From: an uncultured Alphaproteobacteria bacterium | GTDB lineage: Bacteria > Pseudomonadota > Alphaproteobacteria > RF32 > CAG-239 | NCBI GenBank assembly: GCA_934276635.1 | Contig: CAKQTH010000003.1 | Span: 3,063 to 67,062 of the forward strand | DNA: 64,000 nt | Direction of reading: 5' to 3' | Shown: in pieces, positions 33,115 to 41,907 of the stretch | Position numbering within the stretch: the stretch's first letter is position 1 | How the letters are laid out: every line of letters begins with the position of its first letter | Position numbers and translations under genes: made by a program | The notes under the pieces: generated by a model | The model's database searches: none | What the model was told of the DNA's origin: nothing | What the model saw: only the letters and a program-made list of their open reading frames with translations

Positions 33115-34188
33115 TTATGCTTTTACTCCGGCGCCGATTGCTTTCGGGGCGTTTTCGTCCAGAGGCCAGCGCGGACGCGGCTTAAAATCCAAACCATTGG
33201 TATATCCGGCGCGGAATCTTTCCAGCCCTGCCCAGGCAATCATAACGCCGTTATCCGTGCAAAAACGAATCGGTGGAGCCGAAAATTCCAGCCCGTGATT
33301 GTTTGCAAGCTCTTCCAATCTTGAACGCAGATATTGGTTTGCGGCAACACCTCCCGAAACAACAACATCTTTTCCTTCAGGATATTTTTGCTTAAAATAT
33401 TTTATTGCTTTTTCAAGCTTTTTTATCAGACAATCGGTGACTGCGGTTTGGAATGAAGCGCAAATATCGGCAATATCCTGCTGCGGAATTATCGCATGTT
33501 CAACCTCGCCGTTGTCGGAATAAAGTTCTATAATTTTGCGAACCGCAGTTTTAAGGCCGGAAAACGACAAATTATAATCCGGCGAATAAATCAGAGGACG
33601 AGGCAAAACAAACCTGTCGGCATTTCCTACCGCCGCCATTTTCTCAATTAACGGCCCTCCCGGATACCCGAGACCGAGCATTTTTGCAACCTTGTCAAAC
33701 GCCTCTCCTGCCGCATCGTCAATCGTGGTACCCAAACGCTCGTATTGTCCGACGCCTTTAACTATCAAAATTTGGCAATGTCCGCCGGAAGTCAGCAAAA
33801 GCAGATACGGAAACTCCACATCGTTAGAAACTCTGGCACAAAGCGCGTGTCCTTCCAGATGATTTACCGCGACAAATGGTTTGTTCAGCGCAAGGGCGAG
33901 CGACTTTGCCGCCATAACTCCGACTACAACACCGCCGATTAATCCTGGACCGGAAGCGGCTGCGATTGCGTCCAAATCCTGAAGTTTTACACCGGATTTT
34001 TGCATACAATGTTCAATAATCTCGTCGATATGTTCCAAATGTGCACGGGCGGCAATTTCCGGCACGACGCCGCCGTATTGCTTATGTTCTTCTTGCGAAA
34101 GAAGAGCCTGACCCAAAATTTCTCTTTTCTCGTTTATGACTGCCGCAGCCGTTTCATCACAGCTGCTTTCAATGCCTAAAATTAACAT
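33115..34188 (-). CDS. tsaD: tRNA N6-adenosine threonylcarbamoyltransferase TsaD
   Basis: 357 aa, MLILGIESSCDETAAAV…, …HLEGHAL…, …VVSGGVAANQYLR…. Confidence 0.95.
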   Translation of the reverse strand: MLILGIESSCDETAAAVINEKREILGQALLSQEEHKQYGGVVPEIAARAHLEHIDEIIEHCMQKSGVKLQDLDAIAAASGPGLIGGVVVGVMAAKSLALALNKPFVAVNHLEGHALCARVSNDVEFPYLLLLTSGGHCQILIVKGVGQYERLGTTIDDAAGEAFDKVAKMLGLGYPGGPLIEKMAAVGNADRFVLPRPLIYSPDYNLSFSGLKTAVRKIIELYSDNGEVEHAIIPQQDIADICASFQTAVTDCLIKKLEKAIKYFKQKYPEGKDVVVSGGVAANQYLRSRLEELANNHGLEFSAPPIRFCTDNGVMIAWAGLERFRAGYTNGLDFKPRPRWPLDENAPKAIGAGVKA

Positions 34189-34284
34189 TTTTATTTCTTT
34201 CCAAATAAGCTATTGAAGTTTTCTGCAAAATATATACACTATAAAAAAAATATTGCCAACTTAATTTTATATGAGGAATGCAAA

Positions 34285-35301
34285 ATGATGAAACCTGTTG
34301 AGAAAAAAAATCCGCAACCGCAAAAAATTAAATCAAAAAAGATATTTTTGGAATTTGTTTTAATCGGCTTTGTGCTTGCGATTGCATATGGAGTATGGCA
34401 GAATTTTGAACAAATAAAAAATTCTTTTAAAACCGAAAAAGCGGCAGAAACTCCGCAAATTGACATTGCCGCAGAGTTAAACGGCAAAGCCGCAAAAACG
34501 GATATTTATGCTTTGCAGCAAAAAATCGGTGATTTGCAGGCCGCGCTCGGGATCGTCGCAATCAAAAATTCTCAGGCGGTCGATACCACAATTCTTGAAG
34601 AAAAAATTTCGTCCCTCGGAACGCTCATTAACTCGGTCATCAACGGAAAGGCCGATGCCAACTCGGTTTTAGGGCTTTCCGCTCGCACGGACAAACTAGC
34701 CGCCGAAGTAGACAGATTGTCACGCATAAACAACGAGGGGGCTTTGATTTTGACCGCGGTTATGATGATAAAAGAAAACGCGCTTGAAGGCAAAGATTTT
34801 TCTTACGGAGCAGAAATTTTGAGCGAACTCGGCGGTAACAATCCGAAAATAAGCACCGAAATAAACACTATCCGCGAGCTTTCCGGCTCTGAGATTTTGA
34901 GCGACAAACAGCTTTCAGCAGACTTTGCCTCAATTTATAAAAATCTAACAACAAAATCGGCAGAAAAACAAATTGAACAAAGCTGGCAGGACAGAATTAA
35001 CTCAAAGCTTAATCAGATTATTTCCGTAAAGAAAATCAACGACAAAGGCGAACAGATTTCAGAAAACGAGCAGGATAAATTTTTTGCGACATTGCGTGCT
35101 TTAAACGAAAAAAACAACATCAAGGCTCTGGCCGCACTGCTGAAAAACTCCGATAACGAATATATCCGCTCAAACGATGAAATTTCCGTTTGGATAAAAA
35201 ATGTTGAAAACAAAACAGAATTTTCGGACGCGGTCAACAAAATCAGCAACTATTGTCTAATGCTGATTCGTCTTAACAGTTTGGGACTGAAAAACAACTG
35301 A
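34285..35301 (+). CDS. N-terminally anchored coiled-coil membrane protein, HemX / alphaproteobacterial Mic60-like (338 aa)
   Basis: The track ORF starts at a TTG at 34213. I prefer ATG at 34285 (GAGGA 7 nt upstream): MMKPVEKKNPQPQKIKSKKIFLEFVLIGFVLAIAYGVW. The protein has one TM helix, a long helical region and a conserved-looking C-terminus (…FFATLRALNEKNNIKALAALLKNSD…ISVWIKNVENKTEFSDAV…). It is divergent from tsaD, the neighbourhood where the hemC-hemD-hemX/mic60 cluster sits in alphaproteobacteria. Confidence 0.55.
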   Translation: MMKPVEKKNPQPQKIKSKKIFLEFVLIGFVLAIAYGVWQNFEQIKNSFKTEKAAETPQIDIAAELNGKAAKTDIYALQQKIGDLQAALGIVAIKNSQAVDTTILEEKISSLGTLINSVINGKADANSVLGLSARTDKLAAEVDRLSRINNEGALILTAVMMIKENALEGKDFSYGAEILSELGGNNPKISTEINTIRELSGSEILSDKQLSADFASIYKNLTTKSAEKQIEQSWQDRINSKLNQIISVKKINDKGEQISENEQDKFFATLRALNEKNNIKALAALLKNSDNEYIRSNDEISVWIKNVENKTEFSDAVNKISNYCLMLIRLNSLGLKNN

Positions 35302-36692
35302 TGAACAAAGCGGAAATTTTTGAACATTGGAACAAGCTGCTTGCCGAGGCAGAAAAGTTTTTGCCTAATCTTTCGCATATTCAAAATGCGGCGTCCTGCT
35401 TTAATGCCAACATAGACGCCATAATTCAGCTTTCGGGAGAGGCGCTTGCCGAGGCAATAAGAAACTGCCCTGATTTTGACCTCAAAGAATCCAAAAGCAA
35501 CTATCGCAAAGCCGACACCTTATGCGAGGTTTTATCCGGGCTGCTTAAATGTTTTGCCGAAGGGATTGCCGAGGAGAGAACAACCAAAAACGGACAAATA
35601 TGCGTATCATTGCAAAAAATGTTTCCGCCGCAAAAATTTCAAATGGGCGGACAAGGCGGAATTATCGCCAATCTTTTGTCTTTGTGCGGCATCAAAAATG
35701 TTGCGGTTCACACAAACTCTCTGCCAAAACTTCAGGCTGAACAATTCTTAAACAAAGATAACCTGCTAGCCTTTGACGAGCTCGGAAATCCTACTCCTGC
35801 ATATCGCACCATGCGGCAAAACGACACGCCGCTGGTTCATCTGATTTTTGAGTTCAAAAAAGGCGACAGCGCGCATATCGGAGGCAAAGTTTTCACTTGT
35901 CCGAAGTCCAATCGTTTTATTGTCAGCTGCGATGAAAAAAATCAAAATATGATTGTCGATGATGCGTTTGTCAAATATCTGAACACTGTTCATCAGGATT
36001 ATATTTTTCTTTCCGGCTTTCATATGCTTGATGAAAAAAACGCAGGCACCGTCATTCCAAAAATGAAAAATCTGTTATTAAATTTGAAAAACGACGCACA
36101 AAAAAACAGCATTTTTCATCTGGAAATTGCATCTACTCCGTCGGACAAAGCCAGAAAAATGACTCTTGATGAAATCGGAACAATCGTTGATTCCATCGGG
36201 CTCAATGAGCGTGAAGCCTGCGACATCATAAATGTTCTTTATCCGGATATTGACCTCAAACCGAATGCGGTTGATATGTTCAGGGCAATATCTCTGATAA
36301 AAAAGTACACAAATATTTCCCGAATCGAACTTCATATGCTCGGGCTTTTTATGACCATGCAAAACAAAAATATCAGCATCAGCCCGCAAAAAGCCAAAGA
36401 CGGAATGTTGCTCGCCGCCAGAATCGGCAGCAGCCGCGCCGTCCTCGGCGATTTGAAAGAAGAAAAAGACCTGTTGTCGTCTCAAAATTTTGAAATATCG
36501 GAAATCGGGTATTCAGAATTGAAAAATTTATCAGAATATCTGCAAAGCGAAAATCTTTTGACCTATGGAATTTTCTGCGGTGGTGATTTTGACTTGATAG
36601 CCGTTCCGACAATGCTCGAAAAAAAGCCGAAAAGCCTCGTTGGAATGGGCGACACCATCTCATCAATATCACTACTCGGAACACACCTATAA
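35301..36692 (+). CDS. ADP-dependent sugar kinase family protein (ADP-glucokinase / ADP-phosphofructokinase-like), 463 aa
   Basis: Three family motifs occur in the expected order: NANIDAI near the N-terminus, MGGQGGIIANLL (the GG-x-x-x-x-AN segment), and C-terminal VGMGDTISS (the catalytic GxGD). The start codon overlaps the upstream stop (TGATG at 35299-35303). Confidence 0.75.
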   Translation: MNKAEIFEHWNKLLAEAEKFLPNLSHIQNAASCFNANIDAIIQLSGEALAEAIRNCPDFDLKESKSNYRKADTLCEVLSGLLKCFAEGIAEERTTKNGQICVSLQKMFPPQKFQMGGQGGIIANLLSLCGIKNVAVHTNSLPKLQAEQFLNKDNLLAFDELGNPTPAYRTMRQNDTPLVHLIFEFKKGDSAHIGGKVFTCPKSNRFIVSCDEKNQNMIVDDAFVKYLNTVHQDYIFLSGFHMLDEKNAGTVIPKMKNLLLNLKNDAQKNSIFHLEIASTPSDKARKMTLDEIGTIVDSIGLNEREACDIINVLYPDIDLKPNAVDMFRAISLIKKYTNISRIELHMLGLFMTMQNKNISISPQKAKDGMLLAARIGSSRAVLGDLKEEKDLLSSQNFEISEIGYSELKNLSEYLQSENLLTYGIFCGGDFDLIAVPTMLEKKPKSLVGMGDTISSISLLGTHL

Positions 36693-36694
36693 AA

Positions 36695-37663
36695 CTAAGT
36701 AACTTCGGTAATGGCACGCAGGTTGCCGTCGCGGTTGATTTGCACGACTCTCAATTTGTGATGCATTTCCTCAATCGTTCTCTTTCTGTCAATCGTCGGA
36801 TATGTATGCAAAATACGATCGGTAAACGCCTTGTACGCAGCCTCGGAACTTTCGGCGTGGATTGTGGCTAAACAGTTATCGTGGCCTGATCCCATAAGCT
36901 CCCAAATTGCACCTGCGTTTGATGTTGAAATCTCGCCTCCGATAATTGCATCAGGCGTAAAACGAACCACAAGGTCGATGATTTTGCTGTAATCCATTTG
37001 GTTGGTTTGTTCGGTACGAGACAAAACTAAATGCACACGATTGGGGTGCGGAACCAAAAGCTCGCGTGTATCTTCAATCGTCAAAATGCGCTTATTGATA
37101 TTGATAATTTTCAAAAGGTTGTTCAAAAAGGTTGTTTTACCGGTAGAAGTTGCACCTGAAACCAAAATATGATCGCCTCGTTTTAAACTTAAAATAAGCC
37201 TTTCGTACGGATCTTCCGGATCGGCAATCTGTTTCAACGGATTAATCTTGTGCAATGCCTGCCCCTGCGCCAAACCATAATCCTGCAATCCGAATGCAAC
37301 ATCATCGCTGTGAATACGAATTGTAAGCGCGATACCGCCGGTAACATCTTCCTGATCATACATCACATTTCGGCCGGCAATGGCAGAAAAACGGTGTTCA
37401 CCCGGGATTGTGGCGTATACCACCGGCGAGCCCTGTATCGGGTCAAACGGAAGTTCGTATGTGTTTGCCACAATATAAAGCAAGTCAGTCAGATATTCTT
37501 TGGAGAGCTTTTCATCATTGTAGGCAACCCACGGATACGCTCTTTTTCCGCGCAGGCGCAACCATATCTGTCCGCCGTGATTTATCGCAACTTCCTCGAT
37601 ATTGTCCTGATTATACCAATATGCCAACGGCCTTAAAACTGATTCCAATACTGCAAAGCTCAT
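36695..37663 (-). CDS. virB11: Type IV secretion ATPase VirB11
   Basis: 322 aa with Walker A GATSTGKTT, Asp box RILTIEDTRE, Walker B PDAIIGGE and His box GHDNCLATIHA. Last gene of the T4SS operon. Confidence 0.93.
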   Translation of the reverse strand: MSFAVLESVLRPLAYWYNQDNIEEVAINHGGQIWLRLRGKRAYPWVAYNDEKLSKEYLTDLLYIVANTYELPFDPIQGSPVVYATIPGEHRFSAIAGRNVMYDQEDVTGGIALTIRIHSDDVAFGLQDYGLAQGQALHKINPLKQIADPEDPYERLILSLKRGDHILVSGATSTGKTTFLNNLLKIININKRILTIEDTRELLVPHPNRVHLVLSRTEQTNQMDYSKIIDLVVRFTPDAIIGGEISTSNAGAIWELMGSGHDNCLATIHAESSEAAYKAFTDRILHTYPTIDRKRTIEEMHHKLRVVQINRDGNLRAITEVT

Positions 37664-37675
37664 ATTTTCTTCCTT

Positions 37676-40600
37676 TTAGAATAATTGGGGAACTCCACCG
37701 TCTCCTGAAGACTGATCGTCAGAATAGGTTGTGTTTCCGGTATCATACGACGGCGGCGGGGGCGGAGGTGTGCCGATTGGACTTGTGGTAACCGGAGGAA
37801 TGGTTGTCGGAGAAGACGATCTTGCTTTTGACGAGTTATCTTCAAGCAACGGTATTGACTTTTGCGCCTGAACGCCGTCAACCGAACCTTCTTCATATAC
37901 GACTTTTCCTGCCGCGTCTCCGCCGCCTCCGGATACGCCGTTAATATTTATACCCTTATCGTTTGCTGTTCTTTCTGCCTGAGTTTTATCGTCATCAATA
38001 AGGATTTTAGGCTTTTGATTTTTAGCCGTTGCTTCAGCCGCATTATCGATTGTGCGCAACCACAAATCCACATTCGGATATACAATAATTCTGGTACCCG
38101 CTGGGACATAGGTCAACGGTTTAATATCCATCGCATCTTGCATAATCTGGTTAAATACCTGCTTCATACTGTCTTGAAAATCTTCACGCGAATCATTCAT
38201 TGCCTGCTGTCGCGAACTTTCAACCCCGTCGGTTCCCGACTCGTCTGTCGCAAACATCATGGATATGGCACTGGTAAGAGTGGTCGTAATAATCGGTGCA
38301 GAATATTTTTTAAGCAACTGCTTATCAAGATATCCGAGCGCTCCGCCGCGGCCCTGCGCATCTCCGGTAATTCCCTGAAGCTTAAAGGTAGAGCCGTCCG
38401 GACGAATAAGTCTGTCCCATGTAATCTGAACTTTTGCAGAGTTAGACATCTGCTCTTCTCCCGCGGTCAATCCGCCGAGCGTTCCGATAAATCTGCTGCC
38501 CGCCGGAATCAACACATTGCGGCCTTCTTCGGCATACACATTTCTTTCAACAAACGCGGTAACCGGAGTCGGGTTGCTGCTATCAATCGAGCGCGCCAAT
38601 ACTGCCGGAATCGGCTTATCGGCCAGAATCATCTCGCTCATATCAACACGCCAGCTTGAAATATTCTTTTCGATGCCCAAATCAGTCCAGTCTTTTTGTT
38701 TGCCGTCAAATGTGCTTGCGTCTATACCTGTGCTGATTTTGCGCACCGACATCGCCTGACGACGCTCATTTTGAGCCGCAGAGAGCGCGGCAGCGCGTTG
38801 GGCGTTATATCTTTCACCCGGACCGTATCCGCCGCCGGGTCCCAAATTTCCGACGCCGGTTCCGGTACCATAAGCTCCTCCGTCACCGAAAGTTCCGGCC
38901 GGAACAAATATATCCTGCCCTTTCGGACGCTTGACTTCTTCGATACCGATAAGGTTTCCGTCGTTATCAATAATCAGTCCGTCCGGCATCTTTTTTCCGA
39001 TAAGAGAGCCGTCTCTGCTGACAACATCGCCGTTATCCATAATATTTCCGAGATAATCACCGTCCGGTGTCAACGCAATCCCGATAACACGGCGGCTGAA
39101 TCCGCTGACTTCTTTTTCATCATCCTGCTGATTTGATTCGTTTGCGCCGATATTGACAGTCGTGCTCGGCTTTTTTGCTTTCGGCGAATAATATTGCAGC
39201 AAATACGGAACTCCGACGACTTTTCCGTCAGAAGATTTAACCTTGCCGTCTTGCGCAAGAGTACCGATTAAGACATTGTCGGTATTATACAATTTTCCGG
39301 AGATTCCGAGCTCGCCGACCGAAATTCCGTTTGCACCGCGAACCCAATAATCTCGATTTATTCTTCCGATTAATTTGTCTTTTTCGTTGAGCAAAAAGCC
39401 CTGATCAATCGTGCCTAATACATTTTTGGAAAAACTTCTGACTTTGCCGTCTTTTTCAATATATCCGATTGCTTTCCAACTGTCGTCATAAACATAAAGG
39501 TCATATGCGGCATAGCCGATTTTTTCTCTTTTATCAACAACATAACCTTCATAATCAACTCGTCCAACATCTTCATTTTTGTTGTTGATTACCCTGCCGC
39601 TTTCCAGAACGCGTCCCAAGAAAGCATTGTTGTTGTCAAAAGCATAGCGATAGCGGAACAAGCGGCCAATGACATCTCCTTCCGGCGATACCACGGTTTC
39701 ATCAAGCGAAACTCTGCCGATAACTTTGCTGTCATCATCAACCACCGAACCATCAAAAACGCTGCGGCCGATAATTTTTCCGGAAAAGTCCATTACCGGG
39801 CGATAACGAAGGGACGATGCAATCATCTTTCCGTCATCATCTTTCAGATATCCGCGGATATCCACACACCCGAGCTTAGTATTGTTCAAACTGAACGCAA
39901 AGCCGCTGACCGACGGAGTTGCGAAAATCGCATTTTTATTATCTGTCAGCAAATTGGGCAAAACTCTGTATCCGGCGACGGCTCCGCCTTCCGAAACGAC
40001 CTGTCCGTTTTGCAATATATTGCCGACTACCGAATTTTTATAGTTTCTGACATCTCCGCGCGGAGTCACAACACCCAAAAATGTGCATTTTTCATCAACA
40101 ACCACGCCCGGTTCCAAAAGCTCGCCCTGAACGGCGCCGGTTGCGTCTATCATCACGCCACCATCCGAAATTTTTCCGATAATGCTTTTTTCTTTATCAA
40201 AAACAGAGCCTGTTTCTTCAACATATCCGACAAACGATCCGTTTGAGGCAATGACCATATCGGCCGAAAACGCATTACCGATTTTCGGAGAAATCGTATT
40301 TGTTATATTTTCATCGGAGGCCGATACCGACATATCCGGCAGAATTTTTGCAACGGCTTTTTGCGCGGAATTCAGCACAAGATTGTTTTCGGAAATTGCG
40401 CCGAGAATATCTCCGCTGCGGTTGATAACATATTGTGCATTAATGTTTTTTCCACGAATCTGCTTTCCGTCAATATTGGCATATCCGTATTGCAGCACAT
40501 CGGCAATTTTTGCGTATTTGTCGTTCAAAACTTCGGCATTCGGCGAAATATATCCGAATACGGAACCGGACAAATCATACGCCGCGCCGAGAGGAATTGC

Positions 40601-41905
40601 CGAACCGGAAATTATTCCGTCAGAGCCGTAAACATATCCGAACGGCGATACAAAGTTGCGGTCAAGCCCTTTGATATATTCCGAAATTCCGTTCATTCCG
40701 ATTGCGCGGTTGTTTTTATCGACAATCAGCTGCTCGTAAGCCGTTGCGCCGACAATCTCTCCGACATTATTAAACACTTTGTTTCCGCTGATGCGTCCCA
40801 TTGCCGAGCCGTCAAGAGAGATAACCGCTCCGCCTTTGGTCGCATGAGCAATAAGTCTGGCTCGATAATCAAACACCGGTCCGGAGTTGATAACTTTTCC
40901 GGCAATCTGCCCTGCGGAATTAAGCATATTACCGCGGGCGGAAACCGCTCCTATAATTTCTTTTGCTTTGGCGATTTTTCCTTCCGGCATAAGTCTTCCG
41001 ACATAATTTCCCTGCAAATCGGATATTGTGGCGGCAATATCAACAAAAAATCCGATAACTTCCTGCTGTTCATTCACAATTCTATCATCAAAGCGCATAT
41101 GCCCGACAACCGCATTGTCCTTAACCACATCGCCATTATAGCTTACAAAACCGAGATATTGTCCGTTGTCGGATATTGCATAACCGTTTTTAACGATACG
41201 ACCGATGATTTTTCCTTCTTCATTATAGGCGTATCCGTTTGCATGAATGCTTCCAATAATATTTGAATCAAAGTCCGTAACTTTACCGCCGAGCGCCACG
41301 CTGCCGATAAATTGTCCGTTTTGCGAAATTACCATTTTTGAAGAAATAAGCTTTCCGTCAACAACATAGCTGTCGCCGTTTCGTTTGTAGGCATATCCGT
41401 CTGCCGAAACAAAACCGATAACTTTTCCTTCCAGATTTGTATAATTTCCGTCACCGGTCAAGCGCCCTATTGTTTTGCCTTCATCGGAATATACCAACCC
41501 AGGGAACAAAACCGCACCGATAATGTCATATTTGTCATCAATGGCAAGACCGCTCGGCAAAACTCTGCCGGCAGATTTGCCAGAAGACAGGCGCACCGAA
41601 CCGTCATTATTAACTTTTCCGAGCATTTTGTTGTCATTTCCGATAACAATACCTTGCGGAATAACGCCGCCGATAAGCTCGCCTTTTTCATTTATAATAA
41701 AGCTGTCCGCGTTTACATTGCCAATAAGTTCATTATCAAAGCTGACGACTTTTCCGTCCGGAATAACTTTTCCGAGCAGGTCGCCGTTAAAATCAATAGC
41801 CGTAATTTCCTGCGCCGATGCATTTGACATTGCGGCAAAAGGCAGCACCAAGGCCGTCAGGGCAATTATTTTTATGTTTTTTATTATCTTACTTATGGCA
41901 ACCAC
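37676..41905 (-). CDS. virB10: Giant VirB10-like protein (1409 aa): Sec signal peptide, ~950 aa of short repeats, Gly-rich linker, TrbI/VirB10 core, Pro-rich C-terminal tail
   Basis: GTG start at 41905 with GGAGGA 8 nt upstream. The signal peptide is MVAISKIIKNIKIIALTALVLPFAAMSNASA/QE. The VirB10 core lies at about 38055-38670 (…SSWRVDMSEMILADKPIPAVLARSIDS…VLIPAGSRFIGTLG…ITWDRLIRPDGSTFKLQGITGDAQGRGGALGYLDKQ…YVPAGTRIIVYPNVDLWL). The tail is …TTIPPVTTSPIGTPPPPPPSYD…. Confidence 0.88.
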   Translation of the reverse strand: MVAISKIIKNIKIIALTALVLPFAAMSNASAQEITAIDFNGDLLGKVIPDGKVVSFDNELIGNVNADSFIINEKGELIGGVIPQGIVIGNDNKMLGKVNNDGSVRLSSGKSAGRVLPSGLAIDDKYDIIGAVLFPGLVYSDEGKTIGRLTGDGNYTNLEGKVIGFVSADGYAYKRNGDSYVVDGKLISSKMVISQNGQFIGSVALGGKVTDFDSNIIGSIHANGYAYNEEGKIIGRIVKNGYAISDNGQYLGFVSYNGDVVKDNAVVGHMRFDDRIVNEQQEVIGFFVDIAATISDLQGNYVGRLMPEGKIAKAKEIIGAVSARGNMLNSAGQIAGKVINSGPVFDYRARLIAHATKGGAVISLDGSAMGRISGNKVFNNVGEIVGATAYEQLIVDKNNRAIGMNGISEYIKGLDRNFVSPFGYVYGSDGIISGSAIPLGAAYDLSGSVFGYISPNAEVLNDKYAKIADVLQYGYANIDGKQIRGKNINAQYVINRSGDILGAISENNLVLNSAQKAVAKILPDMSVSASDENITNTISPKIGNAFSADMVIASNGSFVGYVEETGSVFDKEKSIIGKISDGGVMIDATGAVQGELLEPGVVVDEKCTFLGVVTPRGDVRNYKNSVVGNILQNGQVVSEGGAVAGYRVLPNLLTDNKNAIFATPSVSGFAFSLNNTKLGCVDIRGYLKDDDGKMIASSLRYRPVMDFSGKIIGRSVFDGSVVDDDSKVIGRVSLDETVVSPEGDVIGRLFRYRYAFDNNNAFLGRVLESGRVINNKNEDVGRVDYEGYVVDKREKIGYAAYDLYVYDDSWKAIGYIEKDGKVRSFSKNVLGTIDQGFLLNEKDKLIGRINRDYWVRGANGISVGELGISGKLYNTDNVLIGTLAQDGKVKSSDGKVVGVPYLLQYYSPKAKKPSTTVNIGANESNQQDDEKEVSGFSRRVIGIALTPDGDYLGNIMDNGDVVSRDGSLIGKKMPDGLIIDNDGNLIGIEEVKRPKGQDIFVPAGTFGDGGAYGTGTGVGNLGPGGGYGPGERYNAQRAAALSAAQNERRQAMSVRKISTGIDASTFDGKQKDWTDLGIEKNISSWRVDMSEMILADKPIPAVLARSIDSSNPTPVTAFVERNVYAEEGRNVLIPAGSRFIGTLGGLTAGEEQMSNSAKVQITWDRLIRPDGSTFKLQGITGDAQGRGGALGYLDKQLLKKYSAPIITTTLTSAISMMFATDESGTDGVESSRQQAMNDSREDFQDSMKQVFNQIMQDAMDIKPLTYVPAGTRIIVYPNVDLWLRTIDNAAEATAKNQKPKILIDDDKTQAERTANDKGININGVSGGGGDAAGKVVYEEGSVDGVQAQKSIPLLEDNSSKARSSSPTTIPPVTTSPIGTPPPPPPSYDTGNTTYSDDQSSGDGGVPQLF
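38945..41790 (-). repeat. Coding array of degenerate ~15-20-aa repeats (h-x-x-D-G-x-V-h-D-x-x-G-x-h-I-G-x-h) in the VirB10-like protein
   Basis: Visible in the translation, e.g. DGKVVSFDNELIGNVNADSFIINEKGELIGGVIPQGIVIGNDNKMLGKVNNDGSV…. The array ends at …PDGLIIDNDGNLIGIEEVKRPKG. Confidence 0.85.
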
Positions 41906-41907
41906 TG

